Part shown: positions 1 through 8,457 of the stretch, piece after piece | Layout of the letters: each line of letters opens with the position of its first letter | How positions within the stretch are numbered: position 1 is the first letter of the stretch | Source of the DNA: a virus | Strand: one strand, 5' to 3' | Virus record (IMG/VR): IMGVR_UViG_3300041409_000599 | Span: 1-64,000 of that record | Length of the DNA: 64,000 nt | The notes under the pieces: model-generated | Told to the model about the DNA's origin: nothing | The model's input: the letters and a program-made list of their open reading frames with translations, nothing else | Databases searched by the model: none | Made by a program: the position numbers and the translations under genes

Positions 1-59
1 ACCAGCCGCATACGCCGTGGCATGACCCTCCAACAGCACTTCCAGAACTGCGTCACTTC

Positions 60-431
60 ATGCTTCAGGTGCATGGCATCTACCATCGCAACGGGGACGG
101 CTCCAGCCGTCAGGAGATCATTCGGCGATGCCGCGCTGGCGACGTTCTGCGCTTCGTGCCTGAACCTGATAACCCGCATGATCAGTACGCTATTAAAGTA
201 TGCAGGGACAATGGAGATCAGCTCGGTTATCTCGATGCCGGCAACGCCATGCGCGTCACCGGGGAGTTATCCATTGGCTGGACCTATCGCGTCACTGTGG
301 ATGAAATCTTTGCCGCTGATCGACGTGGATATTACGGGTGCCGCATCCGCATAGGCGTATTAACCATGAGTGCCCGGACGGAAGCGCGAAGGAAGAAGAA
401 AGGTGCGGCAAAGGATTCAGGGGCTACTTAA
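60..431 (+). CDS. HIRAN domain protein (frame is open back to the window start, so it may be 5'-truncated)
   Basis: Motif L-x-F-x-PEPDNPHD-x-x-AIKV...QLGYL. Confidence 0.8.
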   Translation: MLQVHGIYHRNGDGSSRQEIIRRCRAGDVLRFVPEPDNPHDQYAIKVCRDNGDQLGYLDAGNAMRVTGELSIGWTYRVTVDEIFAADRRGYYGCRIRIGVLTMSARTEARRKKKGAAKDSGAT

Positions 432-657
432 CAGACTTTTCGAATCCTGGGAGCTTTGTGCCGCAAAACGGACAGAATTTCACATCGGTCAGAACCAGGT
501 AGGGGCCTTCATCGCCATATTGGCACCAAACGGCCCACCCGCTGATTCCGCCAACTTCGCAAAACGTTCCTGAATCAAATTGCCTTTTCAATTCGTCGCA
601 ACATAGCATTGCGCGTATGTTCTTTTGAAAGCTTTCGAGTTCATCAATAATGGGCAA
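424..657 (-). CDS. Small Cys-containing hypothetical protein
   Basis: N-terminal CC and C-terminal FCPFCG zinc-ribbon-like motif; in line with neighbouring - strand genes. Confidence 0.55.
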   Translation of the reverse strand: MPIIDELESFQKNIRAMLCCDELKRQFDSGTFCEVGGISGWAVWCQYGDEGPYLVLTDVKFCPFCGTKLPGFEKSVK

Positions 658-670
658 AGGGTTGCCTCGT

Positions 671-856
671 TTACTTCAGGTTTGCCAGATACCAGATGAG
701 CAGAAACGGCAGCGCAAACAGAAAGCTGGCAATAGCGATCTTCCAGACCAGAACGTACATCTGCATAATCGTGATCTGTTGAACAGCGCTGGCCGCTGTC
801 GGCGGCGCGCCGGCAATCGGTTTCTCGTCCCACAGCTTTGATCCCTGAGCTGACAT
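671..856 (-). CDS. Small single-TM membrane protein
   Basis: SD AAGGAG upstream; hydrophobic C-terminal segment. Confidence 0.55.
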   Translation of the reverse strand: MSAQGSKLWDEKPIAGAPPTAASAVQQITIMQMYVLVWKIAIASFLFALPFLLIWYLANLK

Positions 857-859
857 GGG

Positions 860-1249
860 TTACTCCTTACTGGCGTCTGTAGCCACAAACATTTCATCCG
901 GCCATTCCGCCCGGCCTATCAGTCCATTCAATTCTCTAATCCTCAACTTGCGCGCCGTGTAGTAAGAGAATGACCTTTTCACGTCGCCTTCAGGACCGCC
1001 TTTTGATCCGCTGGCCGGCATGGCCAGGCCGCCGCTCTTCAGCAGCTTCACCAACTCGTCAGGATGCATGGCTGCGCCGCGCTCATCCAGCAGCGTGCAG
1101 ACGCCATCAATGGTATCGATCCCATGAAAGCGGAAGAGTGACATCAGATCGGCTTCAAGCTGGCGCGTGTGACGTTCCACGATCTCTCGGACCTGCGCCG
1201 ATACTTCCGGTGGTAGTTCTCGTTTTGGCATGGCTCCCGCGGCGCTCAC
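860..1249 (-). CDS. Putative winged-HTH (HARE-HTH-like) DNA-binding protein
   Basis: LLDERGAAMHPDELVKLLKSGG...LIGRAEW pattern; GTGA overlap with the upstream gene. Confidence 0.45.
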   Translation of the reverse strand: MSAAGAMPKRELPPEVSAQVREIVERHTRQLEADLMSLFRFHGIDTIDGVCTLLDERGAAMHPDELVKLLKSGGLAMPASGSKGGPEGDVKRSFSYYTARKLRIRELNGLIGRAEWPDEMFVATDASKE

Positions 1250-1671
1250 ATTACTTCCTCAACAAAGCCAAACAGCGGCCGGTTATGGCCATCGATGAAG
1301 AGCATGTGTTGGATGTGACCAACGATGCTAGCATATTGACGCTTCAGGTTCTCCACCTGAATGTGAAAATCTGTCGGCGACGAAGCGCTCCTGGCTGCTT
1401 TCACCGTCAGCAGCGCGTCCACGGCCTCGCGGCTGGCCCGCATCACGGTGTCATATTTCTCGCCGTCAGGTGGCAGCACTTCGGCCTGGCCTCCGGCAAA
1501 ACGGATCGTGACTTCAAGGTTGTGCTGGGCCAATTTCAGCGCTTGCTCCCACGCCGGCGTCCGCTCGGACGATGTGGGAAAGTCTATGTGGCGATAAGCT
1601 CCGAGCAGCCGAATCGGTGTATCGGGGTCTATAAGAGGATCTGTGCGAAGTGGTGTTTCAGGCGTCATCAT
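1246..1671 (-). CDS. Hypothetical protein
   Basis: 141-aa ORF coupled to the downstream gene. Confidence 0.55.
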   Translation of the reverse strand: MMTPETPLRTDPLIDPDTPIRLLGAYRHIDFPTSSERTPAWEQALKLAQHNLEVTIRFAGGQAEVLPPDGEKYDTVMRASREAVDALLTVKAARSASSPTDFHIQVENLKRQYASIVGHIQHMLFIDGHNRPLFGFVEEVM

Positions 1672-1719
1672 GCTTTCTTCCCGTAAACTGAATTCCTTCC
1701 TACCTTTTACCTGGTGCCG

Positions 1720-2484
1720 TTATTCGGTGAACTGCGCCGCCGCGGCCAGTGTCTGGCGATGCGCGCCCACCATCTCTGCTACCTGCTCTGATGTGGCCTT
1801 CTCTGGAACTGTCTCCCTGGCCCACAAGGTGCAGCCCCACCACAACAGTGAAACAAAATAGGCCAGCATTCCCGTCCGTCGAACGAGCGCCGCGGTTTCC
1901 CGCGAAGTGATACCGATCATGAACATGGTTGCCCCGTTCACGCTCAAAGATATGAGTAAGCCAATAGCGATCCTTTGCGGCCATGGCCTCCAGCCAATTC
2001 CCAGATGCCGCGAATAAATGATCAGAATGACCAGTGAGATCAGTAGCGCCGAAACCAGCGCGGCCTCCAGACCGCCCATGACCACGACGTATTTCTCCGG
2101 ACCCAGCGGCCGTAACTCAATGGCCAGAAGCGCGCATGAACTGATGGCGGCGGCCAGCCATGCTCCAATGTTTCGTGGGACCCACGCCGGCACGCGCGCC
2201 CAGCGTTTTCCAAAGGTCTTGCGATAAAGTTCGCCGATCGCCACCGCCATTAGAACGCACTGCACCACTGAGATTGCGTAATAAGACCAAAAGTATGTCC
2301 ATGGTCGTCCGGAAGGTATGGCCATCAGATACCAGGTGGTCAATGCGGAGAAATAGATAAACAAGCAGAATGCGGGATATCGCTTCCCGGCGTCGCGCCT
2401 CAATAGCATGATAGAAAGCGCTGACTGGATTGCCGCGATGGCAAGCCATAGGAAGACATCGAAGCTAAATAGGTAAGCTAGCAT
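1720..2484 (-). CDS. 7-TM integral membrane protein (candidate peptide receptor or processing protein)
   Basis: Seven hydrophobic ~20-aa segments and a short soluble C-tail. Confidence 0.75.
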   Translation of the reverse strand: MLAYLFSFDVFLWLAIAAIQSALSIMLLRRDAGKRYPAFCLFIYFSALTTWYLMAIPSGRPWTYFWSYYAISVVQCVLMAVAIGELYRKTFGKRWARVPAWVPRNIGAWLAAAISSCALLAIELRPLGPEKYVVVMGGLEAALVSALLISLVILIIYSRHLGIGWRPWPQRIAIGLLISLSVNGATMFMIGITSRETAALVRRTGMLAYFVSLLWWGCTLWARETVPEKATSEQVAEMVGAHRQTLAAAAQFTE

Positions 2485-2531
2485 TGGGCTGCACCTCGGA
2501 AGGGGGTTGCTGAGAGGGGATGCAGCCCAAT
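2483..2531 (-). promoter_or_regulatory. Hairpin occluding the SD and start codon of the 7-TM gene
   Basis: Perfect 11-bp inverted repeat ATTGGGCTGCA/TGCAGCCCAAT including the AT of the ATG; inner CCTC can pair with SD GAGG. Confidence 0.6.
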
Positions 2532-2566
2532 TTGTAAACTATATCGGTTCGCGATGCAAGAACAGT

Positions 2567-2737
2567 TTAATTGACCGGGCACATCGGCATGCCAGGGCAC
2601 GGTGGTGGGTTGCCGCAGCAAAACATCACCGCTGCGTGCGCGGGCTGCGCCTTCGCTAGGGCGATGGCTTTTTCGCTTATTGAAATCGAAGTCAGTAAGG
2701 CAAAGGCAACGATAAGCGCACGTTCTACGTATTTCAT
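2567..2737 (-). CDS. Small secreted Cys/Pro-rich peptide precursor (56 aa)
   Basis: SD GGAG; signal-like N-terminus MKYVERALIVAFALLTSISI; C-terminus CCGNPPPCPGMPMCPVN. Confidence 0.7.
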   Translation of the reverse strand: MKYVERALIVAFALLTSISISEKAIALAKAQPAHAAVMFCCGNPPPCPGMPMCPVN

Positions 2738-3004
2738 TGTGCTCTCCATGCCGCTGATTGCGGCCATGGTTCGAATATAGTTTAAGTTGTGGCATTGGTT
2801 GCGCCTTTATTTTTAGGTAGCGATGTTCTAGTCCTATGTTGAGAATTGGTCAAATAAATAAGGGTTGGCTTAATATTGTGTTGCTTAACAATGTGTGGTG
2901 CCATTTCGGAATCTACCGCCATCCGCTTTACAAAGTTAACCGCTATTGTTCCATGTGCATGATCATGAACGCGCCGTGATGCCGCGATGGTCCATGGTTG
3001 TAGC

Positions 3005-3283
3005 ATGGCAACGCGTAAGCCCGGACCATCGAAGCCCGGACCATCGAAGCCCGGACCATCGAAGATCATAGGCAAGAACATCAGGGTGCGGCTGGGCGTC
3101 CGGGTGCAGGCATTGCGCCGGCGCCGAGGCTGGGGCCAGCCCGATCTCGCTGCCGAAAGCGGCCTCGACCGCTCATACATTTCCAAAATCGAAAATGGAC
3201 GCATCGAGATCGGCCTCACCACGCTGGAAGTCCTGGCCAACAGCTTCGGGATGACGGTGTCACAATTCATGCGCGGTGTGTGA
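3005..3283 (+). CDS. XRE-family HTH regulator (controller-protein-like)
   Basis: LGVRVQALRRRRGWGQPDLAAESGLDRSYISKIENG...TLEVLANSFG. Confidence 0.9.
   Translation: MATRKPGPSKPGPSKPGPSKIIGKNIRVRLGVRVQALRRRRGWGQPDLAAESGLDRSYISKIENGRIEIGLTTLEVLANSFGMTVSQFMRGV
3017..3064 (+). repeat. 15-bp perfect tandem repeat x3 (KPGPS x3)
   Basis: AAGCCCGGACCATCG three times, in frame. Confidence 0.95.
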
Positions 3284-3473
3284 CCCTCTCTGCGGATGGC
3301 GGTTCCATCTTCACGCGCACATGCTTGCTACCTTCCCATATGCGCCCTTTTCGATCTCGAACGTGAACCACAACCTCTACCGTTGCGCAATTGCAGTCAA
3401 CGCCATATACGATCATCGATTCCTCGATCACGTTATCGGCTTAGTTCCATCCCAGCCATCTCTTCAGATAATT

Positions 3474-3806
3474 TCATATTGCCGGGTACACCGTTAATTC
3501 AGCGCCGCATGCGCATTTGAAATGCTCGCCTATTGCGCCATAGAGCGGTGAGAATGCCCTTCCTTGGCACAGCATCGCAGTGTGGCAGTTGGTGCAGGTT
3601 ACCTCTTGCTGCGAGAAGGCACGGGCGCGCCTGTAGTCTTTTTCGTAGTCGTAGTTGGGATCGTTGCCGATCGGGATTTGCTTCCCGTCGATTTCTTTAA
3701 ACTGACGCTCGATCATCTGTCTCTCCATCGCTGATTCGACACCGGAAATGCTTGGGACGGATCTTCCGGATTGCCGGCTTGTGTTAGGCTTGCGCCTTTG
3801 CGCCAT
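3474..3806 (-). CDS. Hypothetical zinc-ribbon protein
   Basis: CTNC...CACG. Confidence 0.5.
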   Translation of the reverse strand: MAQRRKPNTSRQSGRSVPSISGVESAMERQMIERQFKEIDGKQIPIGNDPNYDYEKDYRRARAFSQQEVTCTNCHTAMLCQGRAFSPLYGAIGEHFKCACGAELTVYPAI

Positions 3807-3963
3807 CGCGGCTGCCTGGTTAGCGTTGCTTGGGGACGACGCGCCCGAGTTGCCGCAGTTGAAGCCTGTTTCGTCACAGGCTAGTCACAATTTAATTAGC
3901 GATTTGGAGCAATGCGGCGAGCATGAAGGCCAATGGAATCAACGCGGGGAAATCGACAGGTGA

Positions 3964-4013
3964 CAGCCCTGAAAAGGCTGGCGTCGGCGGTTCGATTCCG
4001 TCCCTGGCCACCA
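3964..4013 (+). other. att core: 3' half of tRNA-Phe(GAA), attP-like
   Basis: CAGCC-CTGAAAA-GGCTG anticodon arm, GGCGG-TTCGATT-CCGTC T-arm, CCTGGCCACCA end; no 5' acceptor strand or D-arm upstream; integrase adjacent. Confidence 0.9.
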
Positions 4014-4047
4014 TATTTGAATAACTTACAGACATCCATTTTCCGTT

Positions 4048-4067
4048 TTGGTTCCATTTGGTTCCAA
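4048..4067 (+). repeat. Putative integrase arm-type sites
   Basis: TTGGTTCCAT/TTGGTTCCAA direct repeat; inverted near-match ATGGAATCAA at 3933-3942 and a weaker one at 3904-3913 on the other side of the core. Confidence 0.55.
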
Positions 4068-4070
4068 TAA

Positions 4071-5258
4071 TCACTGCACTGTCGTGGACCGCGTGAACGA
4101 ATCCAGTTTACGAACGGCATCGCGCTGATGCTCATCCGATGTTTGTTGGTAAATATCAATCGTCGTACTGGCCCGCGCATGCCGCATCTGCCCTTGCGCG
4201 TCCCGCACCGGTATTCCGGCTCTTTTCATCCACGTAGCAAATGACGTTCTAAAACAACGCCAGTTCACGAAGGGGATCCCTAGCTTCCGCGCCGCCGGCT
4301 TGATGTGCCTGCTCAGGATATTGTTGTCCCGCATGACAACGCCTTTTCTTACCGACTGGAACACCAGATCGTCTGGTTCTGACCTCTTGACCAGTTTGAA
4401 AGTCTGGTATCCGCCGCGACCGCCGCCGATTACAACACTCAACTCCTTCAACCGATGGATCCGCTGAATGACGTGAGGGCTCACCGCCAGGACCGTGTTG
4501 CGGGCATCGGTCTTTGGCGCGCCCCAGTCGCCACGACAGCATTTCTCGTCGATTACTATGGCGTCCTCCAGAATATCCTTCCAGCGCAATGCGGCAATTT
4601 CGCTCGGAAGTAAGCCCGTGTTGACCGCAACAAAAATCATGGTTGCGTAAGGCTCAGCTACGAGTTCAAGAACTGCTGCCGCCTGCTCCGGCGTGATATT
4701 GGGCTTTGGTGCTCTCCCAACTTTCGCCCGCGGCAAAACTACATTTCCCGCAGGATTGACTGAGACGTAAGACTGCTCTACGGCCAACTGCATCACGGTC
4801 GAAAAGCAGCTAAGCATCTTGCTCATAGAGGCATGGGCAAGATTTTTGTCTTTGAGGCCGATGAAGTATTTCTGTACTTCAATGTCGGTAGGGCGCGCCA
4901 GATCGAAGAGTGCTATATCCCCAAACGCCGGAAGCAGATGGTTTTCGAGGATACCTTCATATCGGTCAGCGTGAGCCTTCGACTGCACCGGCAGAAATAT
5001 TTTCTTGTAAACATCATCGACAAAATGCCTGAATGTGACTGCAACGCCCGGGCTGCGCGGTTGCAGGTTAAGCGGGTCCATCACGGCTGCGGCCCGCTGC
5101 TGAGCTTCCCTGAAGCCGATATCGTTTACGGCGCCCAGGACGTGCGGCACGCGTTTACGGTTCCAGTCTCCATTCTCAAACACGTCTTTCCACACCAGAA
5201 TGCGCCACTGATTGCCATGACGCTTCGGTTTGGGGTTTTGATACCGCCTCCTGGCCAT
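4071..5258 (-). CDS. int: Tyrosine integrase (first catalytic Arg appears replaced by Leu)
   Basis: N-terminal SAM-like domain; TGLLPSEI, PKT, WRCFRTS and MRHARASTTIDIY boxes; likely start MARRRYQ. Confidence 0.92.
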   Translation of the reverse strand: MARRRYQNPKPKRHGNQWRILVWKDVFENGDWNRKRVPHVLGAVNDIGFREAQQRAAAVMDPLNLQPRSPGVAVTFRHFVDDVYKKIFLPVQSKAHADRYEGILENHLLPAFGDIALFDLARPTDIEVQKYFIGLKDKNLAHASMSKMLSCFSTVMQLAVEQSYVSVNPAGNVVLPRAKVGRAPKPNITPEQAAAVLELVAEPYATMIFVAVNTGLLPSEIAALRWKDILEDAIVIDEKCCRGDWGAPKTDARNTVLAVSPHVIQRIHRLKELSVVIGGGRGGYQTFKLVKRSEPDDLVFQSVRKGVVMRDNNILSRHIKPAARKLGIPFVNWRCFRTSFATWMKRAGIPVRDAQGQMRHARASTTIDIYQQTSDEHQRDAVRKLDSFTRSTTVQ

Positions 5259-5475
5259 TGCGTCAATCTCCGATCGCAACGACTCGCAGGGCTTCGTCCC
5301 CGCCACCCTACCACCGTTATATATGTGGAAATCCATGTAATTGAGCCACTTACCAGTCAACTAGCAGCCAACCGTCGCACCAGTTGACCTCGAAACACTA
5401 TTCCAACAGTCACCAGTTGTCAACACAGTTGTTACTGTCTAAGTAATTATTTCTGAGTTTTCCACAGAATAATGC

Positions 5476-5503
5476 TTTACAACCGTAACAGTTGATGTAT
5501 AGT
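5476..5503 (+). promoter_or_regulatory. Sigma70-like early promoter
   Basis: TTTACA-N16-TATAGT just upstream of ATG 5516; CAGTTG repeated at 5381, 5414, 5426 and 5489 (operator-like). Confidence 0.5.
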
Positions 5504-5515
5504 TCAAGGCGAACT

Positions 5516-5761
5516 ATGCCGCAAACAGATTCGCAACTCGAAAAGTTGACCCCGGCTGAAGCCCGGTGTCTCGCCGCTTTTAAGGCCGCGCGGCGCCGGA
5601 TGAGTCCCATACCGCCTTCCGTGCAGGACGTGGCGGACGAGATGGGAGTGACCAAGAAAACAGCGTCGGTGACCCTGCAGCAGCTTCAGGAAAAGGGAAG
5701 AGTCACCCGCGACGGCAGAAAGTCCCGGACCCTGCGCCTGGCCAGCCGGAGGACAGCATGA
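5516..5761 (+). CDS. LexA-type wHTH DNA-binding protein without peptidase domain (Cro/Xis-like position)
   Basis: LTPAE...PPSVQDVADEMGV...LQEKGRVTRDGRKSRTLRL. Confidence 0.8.
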   Translation: MPQTDSQLEKLTPAEARCLAAFKAARRRMSPIPPSVQDVADEMGVTKKTASVTLQQLQEKGRVTRDGRKSRTLRLASRRTA

Positions 5762-6009
5762 ACCACAAGTTTTTCCCGCAGCAGCAACGCGCATCCCTGG
5801 GGCAGTCGACCTCTGCCGACTGTCCCGATTTTTCCCTTGAGGCTGAAGCCACTCAGTTCTATCGCCCACAGCGCTTCAGCGGCTCATTGGATCGGGAATG
5901 TTACGGCGTGGTGGCCCTGCGAATTCTATATGCCGTGGCGGCGCTCGTCCTGCTGGGCATTGGATTGGCCGGGCTGGATAGGTTCGCATTTCTCTATTTC
6001 AAGAAGTAA
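5758..6009 (+). CDS. Small membrane protein
   Basis: ATGA coupling; C-terminal TM. Confidence 0.55.
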   Translation: MNHKFFPQQQRASLGQSTSADCPDFSLEAEATQFYRPQRFSGSLDRECYGVVALRILYAVAALVLLGIGLAGLDRFAFLYFKK

Positions 6010-6029
6010 CCGGAAAGTGAAGGTGATGT

Positions 6030-6419
6030 ATGAGCAGCAATCCGCAAGTTGGAAACTCCGCAAAGGTTGAGCACACGCCCGGGCCGTGGAAGACCGAGCA
6101 AAACGCCAATTCCATTGACATCATCGCCGCAGACGGAACCGTTGTCGCGATACTCATCAACGAAGATGAGTTAGAAATAACCGCTGCCATGAAGGGCAAT
6201 GCCCAGGCGCTGGTCACAGCGCCTGACATGCTGGCCGTGCTGCGCTCCCTTACCGAGTTCTGTGAAATCGTGCTTGATCATGGCCGTCTCTCCGGTGGCC
6301 AAATGAAAGCCAAGTACGGCATGGATCCGATGCTTGGCTATACGTTTGTCGAAGGCCACTGCAAAAAAGCGCAGCGCGAGATTAATTCCGTCATTCGTAA
6401 AGCAGGGGGCCGCGTATGA
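6030..6419 (+). CDS. Phage hypothetical protein (HTPGPW motif family)
   Basis: HTPGPW...NAQALVTAPDML motif common in phage early genes. Confidence 0.7.
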   Translation: MSSNPQVGNSAKVEHTPGPWKTEQNANSIDIIAADGTVVAILINEDELEITAAMKGNAQALVTAPDMLAVLRSLTEFCEIVLDHGRLSGGQMKAKYGMDPMLGYTFVEGHCKKAQREINSVIRKAGGRV

Positions 6420-6691
6420 GTGCAGCCCGAACATTTGAATTTGCTGGCGTTGCAATGCCGCCATTGCTGCAAGCCTCTCTTGATCGCTACGCCAATGAGC
6501 ACGTCGAGACCGGCGGCTTTCTGAAGTCAGTCCTGGAAAACGATCTCTGCGAAGCGGTGTGCCGCGCGGACGAATTCAATTTTCAGTTCCTCCCAGTACT
6601 CGTCCGCTATGTCTACAACGAATTGCCGTCGCCGTGCTGGGGCAGCAAAGAGAAAGTCGCGGCATGGCTCAAGAAAGCGGTGGCCAAATGA
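6416..6691 (+). CDS. Phage hypothetical protein
   Basis: GGFLKSVLENDL...CWGS motif; coupled overlaps. Confidence 0.7.
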   Translation: MSAARTFEFAGVAMPPLLQASLDRYANEHVETGGFLKSVLENDLCEAVCRADEFNFQFLPVLVRYVYNELPSPCWGSKEKVAAWLKKAVAK

Positions 6692-7197
6692 AACCCTGCG
6701 CCCACAAGTCCCGCGCTGAGGCTACCGCGTGTCCGTTCTTCCGCGCCCACAAAGCTGACCGCATTGCCCCGCTGCATGGACCCAACGAATTTACCTGGCA
6801 ACTCACCGTCCCGCAGCAGGCCATCATGGGCAGCATCGCGCAGCATGATCCGCGTCCCGTGGATACCTGCGATGTCTATGTGCCGATCCGCAGCTTCTTC
6901 CAGCACGACTGCACCGCTTATGCTTTGACGCTTTTTGAGATGCAAGCCCTGGGGCTGGTCTGGATTGACTATGACTCCAACCTTTGCGGATGGACGGCTG
7001 AGGGCAGAGAGCACGTGGAAAAAGAACTGGCCGCGGTCGGCACAACTCTGGCCATGTGGCGGCTTGCCGCCCAGGCTGAAGCGCCCAGCACGTTCCACTA
7101 TCCCGCGTCTTTTATTGATCGCATTCAATCATGCCTATCGGCCCACGACGAACGCAGGATCCTGAACGCGCCGTTGATCAGTGAGGCTGTGCAGTGA
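6688..7197 (+). CDS. Hypothetical protein
   Basis: ATGA coupling with the previous gene. Confidence 0.55.
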   Translation: MKPCAHKSRAEATACPFFRAHKADRIAPLHGPNEFTWQLTVPQQAIMGSIAQHDPRPVDTCDVYVPIRSFFQHDCTAYALTLFEMQALGLVWIDYDSNLCGWTAEGREHVEKELAAVGTTLAMWRLAAQAEAPSTFHYPASFIDRIQSCLSAHDERRILNAPLISEAVQ

Positions 7198-7297
7198 AGT
7201 GGCTGGATGCGGTGCCGTGGCGCTGGCGATTGGTGGCCGTGCTTTCCTTTGCTGGCGCGGTGTACGTCTACAGCCTGATGTTGATGGAGGTTACGCA

Positions 7298-7531
7298 ATG
7301 AAGTGTTGCCCGGTTGGAGCAATCGTGAACCGCGACGAACTCCGGACAATCGCTGACGCTATCGGAATAGCGATTCAGCACATTGACATAACAATTTCCT
7401 CAGAGGAGCGCCCGAACAAAAGGTTCCATGACGCTGAATATCGACAGCGCATGAAAGGACAGAAAGAGTTGCGCAAGGAATTCATGGCTACCTTGAAGCG
7501 GGTCGATGCCGCATACGAGCGATGTTCCTAA
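7298..7531 (+). CDS. Hypothetical protein
   Basis: SD GGAGG, ATG 7298. Confidence 0.45.
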   Translation: MKCCPVGAIVNRDELRTIADAIGIAIQHIDITISSEERPNKRFHDAEYRQRMKGQKELRKEFMATLKRVDAAYERCS

Positions 7532-7704
7532 AGCTGCTGGCGAAGTGGTTGGGGTGCCGGCACAAAGATTTTAGTTTTCCGCAGACCCCGCGACCCGGGC
7601 AGCGACGAACGGAGGCAGCAATGATTACCGGAACTTATGTGTGCTGCCTCAACTGTGGTCAAGAGTTCGCTTACGACTGGCACGAAATGAAGGTGGTTGA
7701 GTGA
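7522..7704 (+). CDS. Small zinc-binding protein (Acidobacteria-type)
   Basis: GCRH..FSFP...TYVCCLNCGQEFAYDW. Confidence 0.65.
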   Translation: MFLKLLAKWLGCRHKDFSFPQTPRPGQRRTEAAMITGTYVCCLNCGQEFAYDWHEMKVVE

Positions 7705-8207
7705 CACTCGAAGAAAAGCGCCGAGCCAAACACGTAAAACAAACCAGCGAATGGCGAAAAGCCAACCCAGATAAGGCGAAGGAGACTCGGCAGCGGTGGA
7801 CAGAGAAGAACAAAAAATACCTCCGAAAGCAATTTAATGCGTGGAGGAAAAAGTATTCCCGAATGAATCCGGAAAAGGTGAGGGCACAAAGAAAGCGATA
7901 CAGGAGCGCGCCGCAAGCCAGAGAGAAGCAGAGAGCCACCAAAATTCGATTTAGGCTGCGCCATCCGCATTACGACAGAACCAAGTACAGAACCAAGTGT
8001 GCATGCGGCGGCCTTCGATGGACGAAGAGTATAGCTTGCGGAAGTTGTGCAGGGATAGCTGCAACATTGTTCGGAGTGCCCAGCAAGCCAAATTTGCTGC
8101 TCGTTAGCAATTTAACAAAACAACAAAGGAGAAATGCGAAATGTCTACTAAGCGCAAAACGCCTAAGAGAAATGGTACTGAAGAAAATCAGACTATTAAA
8201 CCGGTAG
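7701..8207 (+). CDS. Very basic protein with W-R-K-x-N-P repeats and a Cys cluster (putative DNA-binding)
   Basis: WRKANPDK / RMNPEK repeats; CACG...CGSC. Confidence 0.5.
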   Translation: MTLEEKRRAKHVKQTSEWRKANPDKAKETRQRWTEKNKKYLRKQFNAWRKKYSRMNPEKVRAQRKRYRSAPQAREKQRATKIRFRLRHPHYDRTKYRTKCACGGLRWTKSIACGSCAGIAATLFGVPSKPNLLLVSNLTKQQRRNAKCLLSAKRLREMVLKKIRLLNR

Positions 8208-8428
8208 CACGTGCAAAACGTCGCACCTTCGCCATCACTCAGCGCGGCGTAAAAACGTCCCATGACCTGAGTAATTTCCACGCGGCGGCTCTTGCCGACA
8301 TAGATAGCGGCGCCGCCGATCTGCGCGAGATGGCGCGCATGACGGCTATCACTGGGCAGATGATCGCGCACGAGAACCTGAAACTGCGCGCCGGAATCAG
8401 GCGCGGCTTCCTAAGCTTGGGCAAATAG
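8141..8428 (+). CDS. Hypothetical protein
   Basis: SD AAGGAG upstream. Confidence 0.55.
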   Translation: MSTKRKTPKRNGTEENQTIKPVARAKRRTFAITQRGVKTSHDLSNFHAAALADIDSGAADLREMARMTAITGQMIAHENLKLRAGIRRGFLSLGK

Positions 8429-8457
8429 CAAATCCCGATTTATCCGGAAGGTGATAT

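Noticed and set aside
3940-4013. Intact tRNA-Phe gene
   Set aside because: No 5' acceptor strand (GGCCAGG) or D-arm upstream of the anticodon arm
3892-4074. ORF containing MVARDGIEPPTPAFSG
   Set aside because: Typical antisense translation of a tRNA 3' half, not a gene
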